DNA of 64,000 nt, taken from the NCBI GenBank assembly GCA_950097015.1, contig CATNEN010000038.1, forward strand, positions 19,220,001 to 19,284,000. The letters run 5' to 3'. How positions within the stretch are numbered: the first letter of the stretch is position 1; every line of letters begins with the position of its first letter. This DNA comes from Macrostomum hystrix. Taxonomy: Eukaryota > Animalia > Platyhelminthes. The notes beneath the pieces were generated by a model that was given only the letters and a program-made list of their open reading frames with translations, was not told where the DNA came from and ran no database searches. The position numbers and the translations under genes are program-made. Positions 48,186-60,619 of the stretch are shown piece after piece.

Positions 48186-49602
48186 CTACTGAGCATCTAA
48201 CTTCTGAAGCTTTCTATCATGGGATGTCGTCGGTATTGGTGGGAGTTTTGACGAGCGTCTTACTAGTCCTTTGAAAAAAACGTTGGCTAGCCGACGGGAC
48301 ACACTGTCCATGCTGAACTGTGTCTTAGTTGGAAAGTAAAAGTCCTTAATAACATAAAACAGCTTCTGCACGCGAGTTGCGCACGTAGGAGAGTGCAGAA
48401 TAAAACTGCTGTAGCAGAGACAGGATAATTCTAACAGCCATTGTGGAGGATGACAAAGCTTACCGTGAGATAACTCTTTAGTGAATTCGCTGGCTGGAAT
48501 GCTCGTCTCTGATATCAAATCTGTTCCTTTGATGCCTTCTTTAGTCGCTGTATAACCTGTCAATTTCCAATAAAGCACGGTTTGAATTGTTTTTATGAGA
48601 TTGTGTAAAACCTCGTTGTGAATTAAATTTTAATTAATATCCAGCTTACCTGCGATATATTAGAGCGAATTGGGTTGGGTGAGAAGTTGGGTGAGACAAA
48701 AATTCGAACAGACAGGTCTCCATCTTTATCTAAAGTAAACAAGTAAACGTCTTCGTTCAGAATAGCTGTGTTCAGTGCATGTCGAGATACGACATCCGAA
48801 TTTTTCACATCAGCTCGAAAACTTTCCCATGCCGGCAAAAAATCAAGCAGCTGAAAAGCGTCGATCCATCTCATCGATGTCGCCGCACCTCGCGTCAGAA
48901 AGAACATCGCGCTTTTCGGCCTGTCGGTCCTGGTCTAAAATAAGAGTAAAAATAAAAGTAAGATAATTGTGAGCGGCAAAATCAATTTAGACGCTAAGTG
49001 TTAAGCAATCTATAAGTTACGTACCTTGGTTCTGAACAAAACACGAGCTAGGAACTCCATTAAAAACAGAAGGAGGATTAATTGGCCTTTCGGTAGAGTT
49101 TTTCTTGACCATTGCAGCATCGCTTGGCCAATGCTTTACGCACACGCCCATGCTGTCAGTCACTCTCTAAAATAATAAATTTTGGGTTTCAAGTTGTTTG
49201 GACGAGACTGGCATGCAGAATTGAAGCGGAATTATGCAGCAGTAATGACAGCAAATGATCTGGTTTCTTACCTGGAGAATATCTGGCAGCGCCTTTCTCC
49301 ATCGCTCTCGCTCCTGTGGATCTCTGGGAAACGCAAATATCCGTGTTCGAACGGCTTCAGAGTTGTAATTTGACGAGCACGGAAATACGCTGCACTTTCT
49401 TGGCATTTCATCAAGTGAAAAAAATGCTTCTCTTGATATAGTTCAGCTTAGCTTCACTGCTGGCCGCAGCTAAAGCAGTTTTAATTTGCCTGATAGCAGA
49501 GAAGACTCGAAAAAGCCATAGAACAATACTTTTAAGCGAGCCCCTCAGATTTTTTGCCATGAATTGGCTCGTTTCGCGTCCCGAGGGTTTTAGTTGTCCC
49601 TG
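48186..49602 (-). mobile_element. THAP-encoding, probably P-superfamily element, internally deleted and frameshifted
   Basis: Spliced THAP (PRKCSVFPC...FPRD...W | VCVKHW...PPSVF). C-terminal GYTATK...HGKLCHP...C resembles P transposase tails. Terminus CAGGGACAAC at 49602 is homologous to that at 54340. No catalytic core seen. Confidence 0.65.
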
Positions 49603-49717
49603 ATTAGCCTATTTAGCTCGAAGCAGCCAAAGGACATGATCAAATATATTTCTAAAACTAAACTCAGTAATCAACCCTGCAGCAATCAATCACTAAACTC
49701 AGAAATCAACCACAAAG

Positions 49718-50346
49718 ATGACCAACCTGCAGGCAATGTTACTGATTGCGCTAGTGTTGCTCGTCTCTGGTGAGTGCTAAAGCTTTGTACCTATTTAACT
49801 AGTGTTCCAGAACTGTTTCATGTGTTGGTCTAGTCTTCTCGGACCTTTTCACTCAGTAAAACTTGACTATTGCATTTTTTATTTATTTCAGAATTTCAGA
49901 TTGTGAGTGGCCTTCAGTGCTACTATTTCGGCTACAGAAGTTATAGTGAGTATGAAATTTTCAAAAGTCATCGCGTTAATTATACTGCAAACTGCAAAAT
50001 AGGATGCCGACTTCAAAGAAGCAAAACAAATCCTAATGCGGTAAGCGGCTGCTTTTATTAAGCCGTGCTGGCTACTAATTAACTCTGAAAGGTTGAACTG
50101 TGACTCCTGCCATTCTCTGCAACATTGAAGGCTTATGGTGGTTGTACAGAGTCCAAACCTTGCGACTATTGGAGTCGAAAATTTGCATTAGACTGCCACG
50201 ACTGTTGGACGGATTTATGTAACGATCCGCCCGACCTCGAAGTGGCCTCCAAAACTGCATTGAAAGTGGGTCTGACTGCCAACCCGAAAATCACCGCATT
50301 CGCCGCAGTGGCAGTAGTGACCGCTCTGTGGCGAAGCTCACCTTAA
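49718..50346 (+). CDS. Small Ly6/uPAR (LU, three-finger)-like secreted or GPI-anchored protein, 138 aa
   Basis: Exons 49718-49769, 49892-50040 and 50131-50346 splice in frame. Signal peptide, LQCY start, 8 Cys, C-x-TDLCN end, hydrophobic C-terminal tail. Confidence 0.8.
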
Positions 50347-50652
50347 GCTCCGTTAACACACTCTATTATAGACTTCATCAAAGACTTAATCAAATAATCC
50401 ACGAACTTTGTGTTTCAAAAACTGACTAAACTGTCTAGCATAGCTCATACATTATTGTCTTGAACAGATCATAATCTATTCTCACTTTTTGATTATCAAC
50501 AGAAGATTATATTGGCGAAAAGCCATTTTTAATTATAATATCTCAAAGCTGATATCCTACATGTAACTCAGACACCTGCTTACTTAGACTATTGTTTCGA
50601 CGTAAAGCAAAAATCAAAACGTAAAGTAAAATGTTCGCCCAGTTTGCTCATT

Positions 50653-52258
50653 GTATATATAGCTTTTGTCAGGCTATCTCAGCCTATGGGCATTCAAACT
50701 CAGCCAGCCCATCTTGTCACTGCGGTTTTTTTACTGAAGCTGCTAATTTTTACCATAGACATGCATTTTAAGACCATGATATCTCAGCTTGGGACGAGCA
50801 ATCTCAGCCAACATATAAGCTCTATGTTATTCTGTCTATAGTTTTGTTAACATTTGAAGCTGTTCCGCCAAAATGAGGGCAACCAGCAACGTTGATAGAA
50901 GACGCTTGATCTCCGCGTGGACGGAAGGACAGTTAGGATATTGGTCTAGCCGCTACAATTCTTGGCATCAAATTGAAAACCGCTCGCCACATCATTGCCA
51001 CTTTTGAAGCTACAGGTCGGATTGATGCTCTTCAGCGTGGAGGCCGGAAGATCGGCTCTTGCAAGCTGGACGACGAGCGCCAAGTGCTCATCGGCCTCTT
51101 AAATGAAAATCCGATGGCTACACTGAAAGCATTGCAGACTAATCTAGCTGCTCAGCTTGCAGACAAGCCACCGGTCTCCATTAAGACAATAGTCAGAGCT
51201 CTGGATGGAGCCCTGTATACATTTAAGATTGCCACTAAGAACTGCGAAATTAGATTGAGCGCGAACTCTCCCCGGTGATAGAGAAGCGACGTGAGTATGC
51301 GCTATTCATGGCGGGACTGCAACTGGATCCTAATCTATATAGACGAGATGGGGTACAATCTCTGGACGCGCAGATCACAGGGAAGGTCGCGACGGGGTCA
51401 GCCAGTGAGACGGCGTTGCCCAACACAGAGGGGTCCAAATCTTTCCATCTGTCTGGCCGTGTCATCTGCACTTGGGTTGGTGAAGAGTGAGTTTTTCAGA
51501 GGAGGCCAGACAAAGGAGAGGTTTGAACAATTCATCAATGACCTCGTGGAGCAAATCATCCCGGAAATCGGCAACGCCAGAGTCTTCATAGTCTGCGATG
51601 GTCCAAGCTTTCATCGCGGTGTGACAGTGCCGGAGCAGCACCGCCATCAGTTTGAAATTCAGCTGCTGCCCGCTTACTCGCTGTTTCTCAACCCGTGTGA
51701 GATGGCTCATAGTGCAGTGAAGGCTTCGATCAAGCTGCAGCTCGCTGACCCCGCACTGGTGGAGGAAGAAGCTGGTGGCCGACCTGATGGAGTCACCTGC
51801 GTGGAATGGCGCATTTTTCTGCTGGAGCGAGTGGGCCGACTCTGTACAAGTTGTGACGCCAATGAAGGTAGCCAGGTGGGAAATTCACTGCAACCGGAGC
51901 TTCCCACAATGCATCCAGGAGGTACCTTTCAACTAAACTGAAATAGCCTGTTAACTGATCGTCTCTGGTAGCCCTTTTCAAAGTTTGCTCTGTATATCCC
52001 ATCCCATACTCTGTTTTCTGTAACTTAGTTTTTCTTCTGTAAATATACTGTTTAAAAATGTTAACAAAACTATAGACAGAATAACATAGAGCTTATATGT
52101 TGGCTGAGATTGCTCATCCCAAGCTGAGATAGCATGGTCTTAAAATGCATGTCTATGGTAAAAATTAGCAGCTTCAGTAAAATAACCGCAGTGACAAGAT
52201 GGGCTGGCTGAGTTTGAATGCCCACAGGCTGAGATAGCGTGACAAAAGCTACATATAC
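50653..52258 (+). mobile_element. IS630/Tc1-mariner superfamily transposon with ~200-bp TIRs, frameshifted transposase
   Basis: Inverted repeats ~50653-50856 and ~52057-52258 in TA-rich ends. HTH region 50874-51278 and DDE motifs YIDEMG, VCDGPSFH, LPAYSLFLNPCE. Confidence 0.9.
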
Positions 52259-52723
52259 GCAAGAGTATTATAATGACACGCACTTTTTTGTCATTCCTTA
52301 ACGCAGAAAAAACATTTCGACCATAGACCATTTTTATATGCTGTGTTATATTATACGAGCTAGCTTTTTGCAGACCATTTGATCCTTCGAGCATTCGGTT
52401 TAATCCACAGTGGCAAAATCCAAGCGTTTCAGACAAGGACAACTTAATAACTCAGGGGGGCGTTTCTCGAAATTCACTTAGGCTTGGACATAGACGTAAG
52501 TTGGGGAAGGCATACTTATGGCTTGCTGGAAAGGCTCGCAAGCCCGCTCTGCGTAAGATCCATCGCAACTTTGCGACTTCGTAAAAGTACGCAGAAAGTT
52601 GTTTCTCGAACGCCTCGTAAGTCTATGACCAATCTTACAAGCGCTCTTAAATATAAGAGTGGTCAAGACCACTCGTAAGTCAGACGAGCGAGGCCCTATT
52701 CTAACTGTGCAGAGTCAGTCAAG

Positions 52724-53050
52724 ATGTCGTCAGTCAAACGTGCTCCAAATTTTACGTCCGCTGAGAAGGAAGAGTTAATGGAATGCGTCAAGCGATATCT
52801 TAGCGTAATAAATTCAAAGGATCAACGAGCCGAGATGCAGAAGCAAAAGAAGGCCTGTTGGGACAACATCGCGTCGAAAGTGAACGTCGTTGGAGGAAGC
52901 AAACGATCTGGCGATGACTGCAGAAAGAAGTGGTGTGATGTAAAGTCCGACGCGAAGATGAAGTTTGCGACTCAAAAGAAGGACTACTGCGCGACCGGAG
53001 GTGGACCACCTACTGCACCCGACTTGAGTCCTCAAGATCAAGAAGCGTAG
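52724..53050 (+). CDS. Harbinger-type Myb/SANT-like DNA-binding protein (probably C-terminally truncated)
   Basis: KRAPNFTSAEKEEL...KKACWDNIA...RSGDDCRKKWCDVK...TGGGP. Confidence 0.85.
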   Translation: MSSVKRAPNFTSAEKEELMECVKRYLSVINSKDQRAEMQKQKKACWDNIASKVNVVGGSKRSGDDCRKKWCDVKSDAKMKFATQKKDYCATGGGPPTAPDLSPQDQEA

Positions 53051-53075
53051 GCACCCGGAGTGACGGTTCAAGCAT

Positions 53076-54143
53076 CTAAAACGTGACTTGGATTCCAAAT
53101 GCACACTCAATCTTTACTCGGGTTCGACGAAGTTTGCGGTTGAAATCTACTTCAGCAGCGTCTCTTGGTGCATCGAAAACCTTCATCAGGTAAGGTCGCA
53201 ATGGATAGCCGCTATCAGCGACCAGATAGCCATCGACTCTACCTTCACTCAGCTGTTCTCTCAATGCAGAGGTATTGAAAATGAAGGAGTCGTGTGCACT
53301 GCCAGACCAGCGGACAACAATGTTGATGAATCTCATACTCGAGTCACAAACAGCTTGCACATTAATAGAATGAAACGATTTTCTGTTGACATACGCGTGT
53401 TCATTCCTGACCGGTCTCATTATTGCAACGTGCGTGCCGTCGACTGCACCAATTACGCGAGACAGACCTGCAATGCTGTGAAAGCCGGCGATAACTTGAT
53501 TCAATTCAGCAAGTTGTCGAGGAAAGCGAACAAAGCTGTGCAAATGAGTTGATAAAGCCTTGGAAACAAGTGTAACAGCACGCGAGGTGGTCGAAATGCT
53601 AGTCCCGCTTGTGTCACCGATCACCCGCAGGAATGCTCCCGACGCAAAGAAGCGAAGTGCAATGCACACAATTAGCACGGGTGTTAGGGCATGACTCCTT
53701 CTTGTAGATCGCTCGAGGTCCTCGCGTATGAGAGTCACGATATCCAGAATGATGAAGCGCGGAAAACGATATCGATCGATCAGGTCAGAGTCATTCATGC
53801 AGAGTGGATCACCACTATCCAAAACTGATGGTGGATGTAGCGGCCTTTCATTTCTTCCCTTTTTTATCATTGGTGCATCTTGAGGCCAGTGCTTAGCACA
53901 CACGCCCATGTAGTCTGTCACGGTCTAAACAACAACAAAATTGTTAATGAATTCATGTGGCCAGGCTAAATCTGATTCACAAAGCACATTTGAAGAAAGT
54001 CTTACCGTCAGTTGATTAGGCAGAGACAGTCGCCAAGCCTCTCGTTCAGTTGCATGTTTAGGAAACGAAAATACTGTAACATTCCGATCACGGTTACTAT
54101 TGTAGTTTGAACAACAGAAAATGACGCTGCATTTTCTCGGCAT
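53076..54143 (-). CDS. Spliced THAP-Harbinger (HARBI1-like) transposase fusion ORF, 328 aa
   Basis: Exons 54143-54006 and 53924-53076, phase 0 GT-AG. THAP C2CH, then DPL...RYRFPR, ALRFFASG, GAVDGTH, WSGSAHD, ADSGYP, IECAFG. Confidence 0.8.
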
Positions 54144-55024
54144 GATATTTCGTTTCAGCTAGCAAGAATAAAAGTTCTCTCTCTCAATTGTAAGTGCATG
54201 CGAAGAACTCAATTTTCAGCTCAGATTTCTTCGCTTTCGTAGCTTTGGATGGGCCATAGAACAATGCTTTTAAACGAGCCTCATACTTTTTTCGCTATGA
54301 ATTGGCTCGTTTCCGGTCCTGAGTTATTAAGTTGTCCTTGGTCGAACATTATAGCGTTAGCTACTTCGCTCTCTGACGTCGTATGATAACCGTCTAGTCT
54401 GTGTTCTAGGGCAAACAATAACAACCATACAGTGGAGAGAGGCTTAAATGCGTTTCCGAAGGATCAAATCGATTGCTCTATGGTCATACTTTTGGCCATA
54501 GAAAATGATACAATTATAATCATTTTATTTGAGTTATGCAATGACAAATTTTGTCATTGCTTAACTCTGCCTACTAGATCGGTCATTACTTAATGCTACT
54601 AAAATTAGGCAAACAGTCGACCATAGACAAACTTTCAGGCTTTGCTGCAGTGGGCAATAGACAAAGATTAGGGGTATACCAATCGAGGCTTATTGTTGCA
54701 CGCTTCAAATATCTATGGTAAAACTTCTCAAAGAAATATATTTTATTTTTATTACATCACGTAGCACACAAAAATACAAACAGTCACAAATGTACTTTTC
54801 AACATAAGCGTGTACTGAATCAGAGCAAAACTACAAGTTTTTAATTTTCAATTAAATTGTTATTATATTAAATTCAACTCACTGACGATTATTGACGTGA
54901 ACATGGAACTGGCAATTGTGAAATGTACCAGAAATAGCAGTTGCTAGATTCTGTTGCGGTTCCATTCGGGATGTAGGCTGCTGAGCATCCCTCGCTGACA
55001 CCAGACTGACGGATTGGGCGGCTG

Positions 55025-56270
55025 TTATAAGAGGAGCATCTGGCGAACAGCAGTATCCGTAGCAGTGATTTTGGGTACTCCAATTGAACTAATTGTCGAA
55101 GACAACGCAGCCATGTCAGCATCGCGCTTTCTGCCTTGACGAATATATCGTTCCACGGATCCTTCACTTTTGTGTCCCGTAAGAGCGCAAATATCCCGCA
55201 GGGGAACTTTTGCCGCGTTTACCTCGGTGACGAGCGTAACTCGAAGACAGTGTCCCGTATAGGCTTTACTCAGGTTTGCTGCTTCGGAAATAGCACGCAT
55301 CATGTTACCGAGGGTGTTGACGCCGACCACCTGCTTGGCATAAAAACACGAGTTGTCTAGACCGCGCACTCTAGGTCGGAGAAACAACGTAGCAGTCAAG
55401 ACACCTTCGGATAACTTCGCCTCTTCGATCTTTTTTAAGTATAGCTCAACGCACTCGTAGGGACAACGATCCTCGTTAGTTTCAACAAGCACGCTCTGTT
55501 TGCGATCTTCGGAAGTTCGCGTCTCTAAACTGCCACGAACATTTTTAGTTTCCATAGAGGCTAGTTTGAAAACGTGAAGCCCATTGATTGTTACTCTTTT
55601 AATATAATCGACAGTCAGCTTGCGCAGCCACTCTCGTCCACGCAGACCAAAATGTACAGCCAAAACGAAGTACGAGCGTACATCTCTTGTTGCAATATTG
55701 TTGGTGTACTTCTCTCTTAAAGAAGTTTTTAAGAATTACATCTAATCGCTCTCTCTTAAAGGGCGGATAGCTCAGTCAGTAAGGTGTCGGACTCTGGATC
55801 AGATGGTCCTGGGTTCGACTCCCGACCTAGTCTAGAACTATTCGTGCAGCTTTTGGCAAGCTGCTTTGCCCTGATGTGCACACAGTCTACTCAGCTGCAA
55901 ATGAGTACCGACATTTCTTTGGATAATAATAATTCCGGCTGGCGTGGAATAAAGTAGTTCTGTGCGGCAATTCTGTGGGGTTTGGATGCTGCCGATATGT
56001 TTGGAAAAATAAATTCCATTGCTGACACGCGGCTGTCAACCGGTGTCCGAGAGAGCCGGGGAGTACAATAGGTGTGCAGTCCCCACCTGCTAGTGTGCCT
56101 GACACACAACACCTGCACTGGCCCTTGGGTCTAGTGTCAATTATTATTATTATTATTGGTGTACTTCTATCAAAGTAGACACGTAGCTTCGCTAAATCTT
56201 CCGGCTCAATTGTAGCGAACTGCTTCACACTACCACCTGCCTTGATAAACATTGCAGCTGTAGCTTTTAG
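55025..56270 (-). mobile_element. Crypton-like tyrosine recombinase gene, disrupted
   Basis: FGLRGRE, ETKN, GHCLRVT and TGHKSEGSVERY give the R-K-H-R-H-Y set. Upstream part (IEPEDLAKLRVYFDRSTP) is separated by a SINE and an 8-bp insertion. Confidence 0.85.
55714..56155 (+). mobile_element. SINE family 2 insertion with 13-bp target-site duplication
   Basis: tRNA-like head from 55761 (TAGCTCAGTCAG, GGTTCGACTCC), (TTA)n tail, duplication TTGGTGTACTTCT at 55701-55713 and 56156-56168. Confidence 0.88.
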
Positions 56271-56279
56271 TTGAAGTCA

Positions 56280-57050
56280 CTCTCAGGACTGATGTGCCAC
56301 AGTCCCATGAAGCGTAAATCCTGGAGGCTGTGACCTGAAGCGCAAAAATGCCTTGCAACTGGGGTGTCCTTGGTTAGTCTGATGTCGCTCAGGTGGGCCT
56401 TGAGTCGAGTCTTTAGAGCCCACCTGTCTCACCTACATAAACGCAGCTGCCATCGCAAGCTTTGCAAAGAATAGCGCAGACAGTGTTTCTTGAATCGCAG
56501 CGGACTTTTTGGCAAATTCTGTAGACCATTGTCGTAGAATTGGAGCCTGGGCAGACCTGGCCGAATTGGCCATGCTCCTTGCACAAGTCGCAGCCAGGGG
56601 TGTCACAGAATAGGAAACCAAACTCCCAAAGACAATCCGGGTAGAAGCCTAACTGTCTGAGAGTAGATTTTTTCGCGTTCCGAATCAGACGGACCAAATA
56701 TCCCTGCTTCTTCAATATGCCCATCAGGTCGCTGCTGGTCTAGTCAAAGTCGGCTTTGAATGTGCAGCGACGTGCATAGCGTAGGAACTGGGATTTCAAG
56801 ATACCCTTAAAGGTGTGCTTCGGGTGGAATGAGTTTGGGTTCAAAAGTTGGCGAGAGTCAGTGGGCTTGAAGTAGATCGAGCAAGTCAGTTTTCTCTTAT
56901 TATTATGTGTAGTTAGGCCAACATAGCAGTCTAGGAAGTTAACTTTTTCTTTACTGTGTTGCATTGTGAACCGGATATTGCTGTCAAATGTATTTAAGTG
57001 TCTGTTTAGTTCCAGTAGTTGGGACTCTGTACCAACAAAAACCAACAAAG
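56280..57050 (-). mobile_element. Penelope-like retroelement remnant (RT thumb + GIY-YIG)
   Basis: LNTFDSNIRFT...VNFLD...YFKPTD...SFHPKH followed by CKAC...VYVGETG, with in-frame stops. Confidence 0.88.
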
Positions 57051-59076
57051 AGATCTAGTATGTATTTCTTATTACCATTTCTTATTGCTGGATTGGCTGC
57101 TTAACCGATTGCCTTTTCACCCCTCCCCAACCCAGAGCGAGAGCTGTCATGCCTAGCCAATTATCGCGGCTCCGTGGAGCGTGCTAGATTCAACGAGTTA
57201 GACACCGAGGATGAAGAGGAACTGTTGCGTCAAGCCTCCATACACAAAATTCGGCGGACAAACCTCGTCGGGCAAACATTGCGCGGCAAACATCGTACTC
57301 CCGTTCTCTCTACTTTCCAAAGTCAATGGCACTAATATTGTCATAGCGGTTATTAAATACCTTTTTGAAACTCTAGTTGTCTTGTCAGTGTGGTTTCTTA
57401 TGGCTGGGAAATTTGGGGTCCTCTTGCTACCAACAAATCTTGCATTGCAGAATTAGACAATCCAGACTAAATTCTTTAAAATTACTCCTTCTGCACCTAC
57501 CCAATAATACTAGGAACTATGTCATCCTAATTGAACTTGGCGTCAACCCAATATCAGAAATATTTAAAAAGAAAAGCCTAATCTATATTCATGGCTGAAA
57601 CTTTAACAAGAAAAAATCAACCCAACTACTCTTTCTCTTTTTCCTTTCTTTCCTGTCCTTTCCTTTTTTCCATTTTCTGGCTTGTGCTCCTTCTCTTCTC
57701 TTTTCCCCTTGACTTGTTTTTCTCTCTCTTCTCTTTTTTATTTTTTGCTTTTCTCACACCCCCTTCTCCTTAGTTTCCTGATAGTGTGCTCTTGTTTTCA
57801 ATACTTACCTTCTAGCTACTGCTTATGTTTGCTATGCTTTCCCTCTTTGTTCTGTTTTTCTTTTTCTTTTCTTTTCTTACTTTGTTCTCTTCACTTTTTG
57901 TCATTCATATTGCTATTGTTGTCTTTGCGCATTTCTGAACCTTTCTAGGTGTACCACTTTTTGTATTCTTTGAAATTCCGTCTATTATACAGCTGAACAA
58001 TGTTTAAGCAAAGTTATATATATATATATATTTTTTATACTTAAACGTTTAATTAGTGTTCGATTTTTACATCAGTTATAATATATCAAATAAACATCGA
58101 ACTGGCCGAACAGGCTGCTTGTCTGAGCCAATTATAAAATAAAAAAATCAAATAAGTGCATCATAACGTGACTTATTTTAATCATCGTTGTTTACCGGAA
58201 AGAACTATGAACTCGAAAGAAATGAAAAAGAAACAAATTTATTCGTCTGTTTTTTTAAAGAACTGATAAAACCTAACCTTAAATAGTAAAGTAAAGTAAA
58301 ATTTAATTATCCATAAGTCGTTGCATAATAAATTTTTAATCATTTTTTGTGTAAAAGTATTTTAAAATTATTTTTTACCTCTCCATGCATCCATGTACGA
58401 TAAACTAAAATGCTAAATTAAGTAAGTGTAGATACTGATGTTGTGACCCTAGACCGATAGCGATATCTGAACCTTCAAGCTTAATAAGGAAGCATTGACT
58501 TTGGGTGCAAAATTACTCAAATGCAATCCAAGTCAATCTGAATCCAGGGCCTTCTAAAATTCTGTCACTTAAAACTGTTTCTGTGACTATTACTAGGACT
58601 ATTCTATATTCAAGTAACGAAATGATTTGGCCCATTCTAGTGATTAAACAATTACGATAATACCTATTTTTATTTTTAAATTTTTTTAAACCTGAATTTT
58701 TAATGATTTTGAACATGACTATACAGTTTTAGATGCTTGTGAGTGATGATGTGATGTAAAGTAATAACAAATTATTTTCTGTTAGGCTGCCTATTCAGTT
58801 TTAATTGTTTTGTTTGTCACTGAGCTAGGCTAAAATCAACCATTAGATAACTTCAATTTTAATGAGGCTTGTAGATATAAACTCTAAATAAAGAATGATT
58901 ATGACAAGTTCATAGTCCAGATCATGCTAGGTGCATGCCGGAATGAATAAGGGAAAATTTTCATTTGCACGCTGACACACACCAAAAAGTGCTTTTGCAC
59001 AATGATGTATGCTAAGAATTTTTACTATAAATTTCTAGATACAGGCTATTTGTATGGTAGGCCTAGTATGTCCTAT

Positions 59077-59331
59077 CATACATGCACAACACCTGGCCGA
59101 CCCAGCCAAACTGGCTGGGTGAAACAAGGGCCTAGCAAGGTAAATCGCAAAAACCAATCAACCAAGCGCAAAAAATCAAGGGGGGGACCAAGGGACAAAA
59201 AAGGAAGGCGTGAAGAAGAGGAAAAAGGGGAGAGAAAAATAGAGAAACTGAGAGCAAACTAAGTTGTAGCCTAAATAGAGCAAAAACTAAGTTGCACAGC
59301 CAGCTAAGATTTGGGAGGTTGCACATGTATG
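59077..59331 (+). mobile_element. MITE with CATACATG(T)GCAAC TIRs and 8-bp TSD (hAT or P type)
   Basis: TGTCCTAT duplicated at 59069-59076 and 59332-59339. Confidence 0.88.
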
Positions 59332-60619
59332 TGTCCTATTGGTCAATGAAAATTGTATGGAATTTAAACAAAAGTTAACTGAAGTATTCATGTTGACTAG
59401 AGTTTTGAATCAATTTTAGATTTAAAATTTGGGAAATTTCAGCTTTAGTGTTTAGGGCGGCTTAGTTAGACTTTAGCCAACTAGCTTTTTTATTTCAATA
59501 TATTGTCCATATATTTTTTGCTACTCTGACATTCTCCTATGTGCTAATGCATGTGGATATAGATATGTTGCAAACATAAATGTAATAATGTTAATAAACC
59601 GATAAACCTTATATTAATAAAACCTCTCAAAATTTAATTCCAAGAATAGTTTGGCCTAGCTAACATACAAAACCACTCTGTTGGCCTAATGTTATGCAAA
59701 GGAGTTAATTCAAGTGCCAATAGCTAACCATCAATGTTAACTTTTTAGGCATTTTCTAGCTTTCTACCTCTCAGTAGTATAGTGGATATGTATTGTTGAG
59801 TTTACGTCTCTTTGTCTGTTGGAATTGCTACCTTATCGGCCAGCAGTCAGTTGGTGCTTCTTGAACTTAAATCCTATAAAATAATTTGGGTATTCTAATC
59901 AAGTTCAAACTTCACTTCAAACTTTACTTTGTCTTCATACAGCAGATCAATTATGATTGACCCAATGTCTTTTGTAGCTTACTTGGTCCTAAAAATCATG
60001 TGTAAAATAATAGGTACTAGTTTATAATTACTTTTAACTAAAAAAGTAAAAGTTTGCAAATACAAAAAGCTATTAAAATGATAACAAAACCATTTAATTT
60101 TCAAAATTAAAGTACTCGTAAATTAGAGAGTAAATTAAATCTGTTATATATTAGACAGAAAATTTTACAATGGTAATTTGTTTTCATTGAACCAAATTCT
60201 TCAAATGTATTAATATTCTCAATACAACACTGTTACTCCCAAATATATCATTTTTTGCATTGCCATTTTTTGCATTAATATAGTAAGTATTTTAAACTAT
60301 TATTTCTAACAAATTAACTAAAAGGTAAGCTTCATGGTAACACCCATGTTGTTGCTGAGTTCTGTCACACTTGTGATAGTTTCCATTCATATTTTTTGTG
60401 GTACCTTCCCACAAAACCCTTAAGCCATTAAAAAATAGATAGAATTGATATTCAATCTAGGTCCCCATGTCTCTATTGAAGTAAAATCCAATAAAATTTT
60501 CATACATAATTTAGCCTATCTAACTACCGAGTACCTTTTATTCTGTTTCACTTGTGTGTTAGCTATTTTTATATATTTAGGTACCCACAAAAACCATATG
60601 GCCCATGCACTATAATAAA

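Larger units (their letters stand above)
52434..54340. mobile_element. Hybrid element: P-like TIRs and THAP joined to Harbinger end, Myb/SANT gene and DDE transposase
   Basis: 23-bp perfect TIRs CAAGGACAACTTAATAACTCAGG (52434-52456 and 54318-54340). Harbinger-like end GGGGCGTTTCTCGAAA immediately inside the left TIR. Confidence 0.8.

Noticed and set aside
57140-57460. GC-richer coding-like patch
   Set aside because: No recognisable motif or consistent exon structure
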